A DNA stretch of 54,203 nucleotides, taken from assembly GCA_032718475.1 (NCBI GenBank), contig JAUCBJ010009102.1, positions 1 to 54,203 of the forward strand, written 5' to 3'. Source of the DNA: Nemertoderma westbladi (lineage: Eukaryota; Animalia; Xenacoelomorpha). The translations under genes and the position numbers were made by a program. The notes beneath the pieces were generated by a model. It ran no database searches. It worked only from the letters and a program-made list of their open reading frames with translations, and was not told the origin of the DNA. Below, piece after piece: positions 49,659 through 54,203 of this stretch; position 1 is the first letter of the stretch, and every line of letters begins with the position of its first letter.

Positions 49659-52600
49659 TTAAAAATTTTAGTCATCGCGGGGGAATAGTAATAGTGTATG
49701 TAGAGTAATAGAGATAGAGATAGAGAATAAATTAAGAGAATAATAATAGAATAGAAGAGGAGAATAGTAAATACGATGAGAAAGAGAGCGGATGATAAAT
49801 CCAAGAGAAGATACGAGACGAGACGAGGAGGAGAAGAAGAAGAAGAAGAGAGACGTAAAGATACGCTATTTGTACACGTACGGTGACGTTCGAGATTTGA
49901 CTTGAAAAAAATATGAAGATGAGAGAGAGAATTGGGAACAGTCTCGAAGTAAATCTCAGTATAAGTAGAATATGTAGGCCTATTAATTAATTATAGCTAA
50001 CTTGAATTATTAATTATTATATATGATAATCGAATCTAACTTGTTGTTACTGATACCCACCCTCCCCCCGCATTTTTTCCAGGGGGGAAAAGCGCTCCGA
50101 ATATAATTGTTTGGTTGTTCACCCAGCCACTCCATGGCTGGGTGAACAACAGTTTTCAACTGTCCGAGTTTATAGCATTTATAAAAAGAATCAAGGTTTA
50201 GTTCTAAAAATACTGTATTCAACTTTGGCACATTTTCACTAAGTATGTTACATATTCGCAGATCATTAGGATAACATAGAATAGAGAATATACCCTAAAT
50301 GGATTAATAAAGAGGAAAGGAGCAGGTTACAGAGACACGTTATTCTAACCAAAACAATAAACTAAAGTCAATAGAACAGCTTACAGTTTTACTTTTGGTT
50401 AAAAAGGACTATAAAATGACATAATTAGAGCAAATACCCTAAATTGATTAAAAGGACTATATTTCATATAATATTACTTGTACGCGGCGCTCTAGGTCGA
50501 AAATTTTATCAATATACCTCGTATTCCCTTTTTTTCTCAATAATAGCAAATATTGGATCGGCGGCCATTCGAGGCCCTGACGCGCCTTGGCGACAAAGAC
50601 CTCAATTTTACAAAAAGTTGAATAACTCGGCTATTCTTGGGTCTTTTTCGAAATTTAAAAAATTGGCAAGTTCCTCTCATGGATTTACATCGATTGGCAT
50701 CGTTAGTTTCGCCAATTTATTTTTAATTAACACTTAATTAGCGCTAATTGCTAATTAGTGCATTTTTCTGAAGACTCGGTACTTCTGTCAATATCTCGAG
50801 AACTACTTACAGCGCGTCATCGGGACCGCTTCCGTTGGATAGGGGACCCCTGTCCCTACCATATCGCTTGTACATGTTTTTACTTTATTCCCTTCCTTCC
50901 CGCCGAAATCGACGAAAACGCGATCGACCAATCGGAAACCTTCGACGGTCCGGTACGCCCCCTAGAATTAACTTTTTTGTATTTTTTATTGGCTCCGTCA
51001 ACCATAATTCGGGGGTAAGGAACATTTTTTACTTTCACACTTTTACGAAATTCCCACTCCTTCTAGTCGCGCCGGGCCGATGCGCCGTTGCGGCGCGCGC
51101 CGCGGTCCGTGCGCCACCCTTAAATTCGACCGGCGTTTCTGAAAATGTATCTTTGTGGGCAAATCGTATGCCCCGAAGCGATCGGCGTCGGTCCCGTGTC
51201 CGTAGCTATCGCCGTTTTGGCTGTAGCTCATGGGCGTTTTTGGCGGGAAATTCAAACGTCGAAAATCTCGTTTCGCTTATAACTCGAGAACCGCCGGTCG
51301 GATCGGGCTGAATTTTTTTTTTAGACAGGTAATAGGGGGGGTATTGTGGGGTACCTATATCGGCGTTTTCCCTCAAACCCTCTCGGTATACCCTAACTCG
51401 GTCTCAGTTAGTTTTCTGGTTTCAATTCCCAATTCTTCTGTTAGGGGATTGGGGAAATAATATTTTGTTCCTGGGCTAAAGCCCAGATTTTTACAAATTA
51501 TAGTAAAACTAAAATTTTTTCGCCAATAATTCAACCAGTGGTTTATCAATTTTAAAAATTTTAGTCATCGCGGGCGGGGGAATCAATAGTAATAGTGTAG
51601 AGTAATAGAGATAGGGAGAGAGAAGAAATTAAGAGAATAATAATAGAAGAGAAGAGGAGAATAGTAAATACGATGAGAAAGAGAGCGGATCACAAATCCA
51701 AGAGAAAATACGAGACGAGACGAGACCAGGAGGAGAAGAAGAAGAAGAAGAGCGACGTAAAGAGACGCTATTTTTACACGTACGGTGGCGTTCGAGATTT
51801 GACTTGAAAAAAATATGAAGATGAGAGAGAGAATTGGGAACAGTCTCGAAGTAAATCGCAGTATAAGGAGATGAATTAATTAATTATCGCTTACCTTGAA
51901 TTATTAATTATTATATACGATGATCAAATCAAACTTTTGAATAGCTCGAGTTATAAAACAAAGATGTTTGTTGAGTTGTTACTGATACCCACCCTCCCCC
52001 CGCATTTTTTTCCAGGGGGGAAAAGCGCTCCGAATATAATTGTTTGGTTGTTCACCCAGCCACTCCATGGCTGGGTGAACAACAGTTTACAACTATCCGA
52101 GTTTATAGCATTTATAAAAAGAGTCAAGGTTTAGTTCTAAGAATACTGTATTCAACTTTGGCACATTTTCACTAAGTATGTTACATATACGCAGATCATT
52201 AGGATAACATAGAATAGAGAATATACCCTAAATGGATTAATAGAGAGGAAAGGAGCAGGTTACAGAGACACGTTATTCTAACCAAAACAATAAACTAAAG
52301 TCAATAGAACAGCTTACAGTTTTACTTTTGGTTAAAAAGTACTATAAAATGACATAATTAGAGCAAATACCCTAAATTGATTAAAAGGACTATATTTCAT
52401 ATAATATTACTTGTACGCGGCGCTCTAGGTCGAAAATTTTATCAATATACCTCGTATTCCCTTTTTTTCTCAATAATAGCAAATATTGGATCGGCGGCCA
52501 TTCGAGGCCCTGACGCGCCTTGGCGACAAAGACCTCAATTTTACAAAAAGTTGAATAACTCGGCTATTCTTGGGTCTTTTTCGAAATTTAAAAAATTGGC

Positions 52601-53473
52601 AAGTTCCTCTCATGGATTTACATCGATTGACATCGTTAGTTTCGCCAATTTATTTTTAATTAACTCTTAATTAGCGCTAATTGCTAATTAGTGCATTTTT
52701 CTGTAGACTCGGTACTTCTGTCAATATCTCGAGAACTACTTACAGCGCGACATAGGGACCGCTTGCGTTGGATAGGGGACCCCCGTCCCTACCATATCGC
52801 TTGTACATGTTTTTACTTTATTCGCTTCCTTCCCGCCGAAATCGACGAAAACGCGATCGACCAATCGGAAACCTTCGACGGTCCGGTACGCCCCCTAGAA
52901 TTAACTTTTTTGTATTTTTTATTGGCTCCGTCAACCATAATTCGGGGGTAAGGAACATTTTTTACTTTGACACTTTTACGAAATTCCCACTCCTTCTAGT
53001 CGCGCCGGGCCGATGCGCCGTTGCGGCGCGCGCCGCGGTCCGTGCGCCACCCTTAAATTCGACCGGCGTTTCTGAAAATGTATCTTTGTGGGCAAATCGT
53101 ACGCCCCGAAGCGATCGGCGTCGGTCCCGTGTCCGTAGCTATCGCCGTTTTGGCTGTAGCTCGTCGGTATTTTTGGCGGGAAATTCAAACGTCGAAAATC
53201 TTGTTTCGCTTATAACTCGAGAACCGCTGGTCGGATCGGGCCGAATTTTTTTTTTAGACAGGTAATAGGGGGGGTATTGTGGGGTACCTATATCGGCGTT
53301 TTCCCTCAAACCCTCTGGGTATACCCTATCTCGGTCTCAGTATACATTTCTGGTACCCACCCCAATTCTTCTGTTAGGGGATTGGGGAAATAATAATTTG
53401 TTCCTGGGCTAAAGCCCAAATTTTTACAAATTATTAGTAAAACTAAAATTTTTTCGCCAATAATACAACCAGT
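49659..53473. mobile_element. Head-to-tail dimer of a ~1.9-kb non-coding element (copies 49659-51539 and 51552-53473), probably rolling-circle type
   Basis: Both copies begin ttaaaaattttagtcatcgcgg and end cgccaataat(t/a)caaccagt. They are highly similar, with a purine-rich microsatellite near one end and hairpin tgggctaaagccca near the other. Duplication is certain, family is inferred. Confidence 0.7.
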
Positions 53474-54203
53474 TAATTGTGACTTTTATAGTTAGAATTT
53501 AATTTCGACAATCAAAAAATAACAATAATTCTCATTTAATTCATAAATAATATTGATAAATTTCGTTTCTATGACTATATTATTTATTCATATGATATTG
53601 AATTAATTATTAACTATTTAAATTATCGATTTTTAGAAAGAAGATCATATAACGGAATTCTATGGAAGATTACTCAAATATATCTACTTTATTTCATCAC
53701 ATAAAACTCGTTTATTTCATCACGTAAAACTTGTTTATTTCATCGCATAACCTCTTAGGGATATTTTATTTGAACTTAATAATTCTTAATATTTATCCTA
53801 ATATACAGAAACTACAGACATTGAATACTTAACTTTCTTTCCGTTTTGCATAATATTAATTAACCTCAGTACTGAGTTTATAAACAATGAATCGTTCACC
53901 TAACCTGGCTGACAACTTTGTAACACTTGTACTTCGTAATGTATATATAATGTATATGTTGAACAACTCGCCAACAATAACTATTTTTACTATAAAATAT
54001 GTTATGATACAAGGTGATTCTCAAAATTAAATTACTACTAATTGTAGTTTAATTGCATTAATTTAATTATTATTTATACCGCATAGCTCCGGTAAGTAAT
54101 GTAGCGTTTAAATCCCATATATAATGCACCGGTATTTTTTGTAATAGAATATAGCAACTAAAATAAATAAATTATATTAGTTTCTGATGAAAATATATTT
54201 TAT

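Noticed and set aside
50444-53265. Duplicated short ORFs as genes
   Set aside because: No recognisable domains, overlapping frames, non-ATG starts; part of the duplicated non-coding element.
53631-54175. 3' UTR exon with polyadenylation signal
   Set aside because: ttttag and aataaa are too common in such AT-rich DNA to call without transcripts.

Overview
Eukaryotic, AT-rich, invertebrate-like genomic DNA. The backbone is the 3' part of a + strand gene missed by the ORF track. It has nine spliced exons (1669-49133), each encoding one 6-cysteine EGF-like domain. All internal exons are phase 1-1 with AG/GT boundaries, and the frame ends in a stop with no transmembrane segment. The introns hold a decayed LINE (upstream of the first visible exon), a DNA transposon with a nested CMC/EnSpm element, and an antisense BEL/Pao retrotransposon that carries a Helentron-type insertion and an extra 3' ORF. 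tRNA-derived SINEs lie in the later introns, and a tandem 1.9-kb element dimer follows the stop. About 22 kb of the window is four large tandem arrays (8, 17, 56 and 24 bp units), each apparently grown from local single-copy sequence bounded by imperfect microhomology. Most notable: (1) the ~18-kb 56-bp array is an amplified exon-5/splice-donor junction, giving ~320 CAG|GTGGGT sites; (2) several array unit variants are mosaics of the left and right flanks; (3) a 20-bp quasi-palindrome recurs in one orientation every 1.2-2.5 kb through the BEL/Pao element. All calls were made by eye; no database searches were run.
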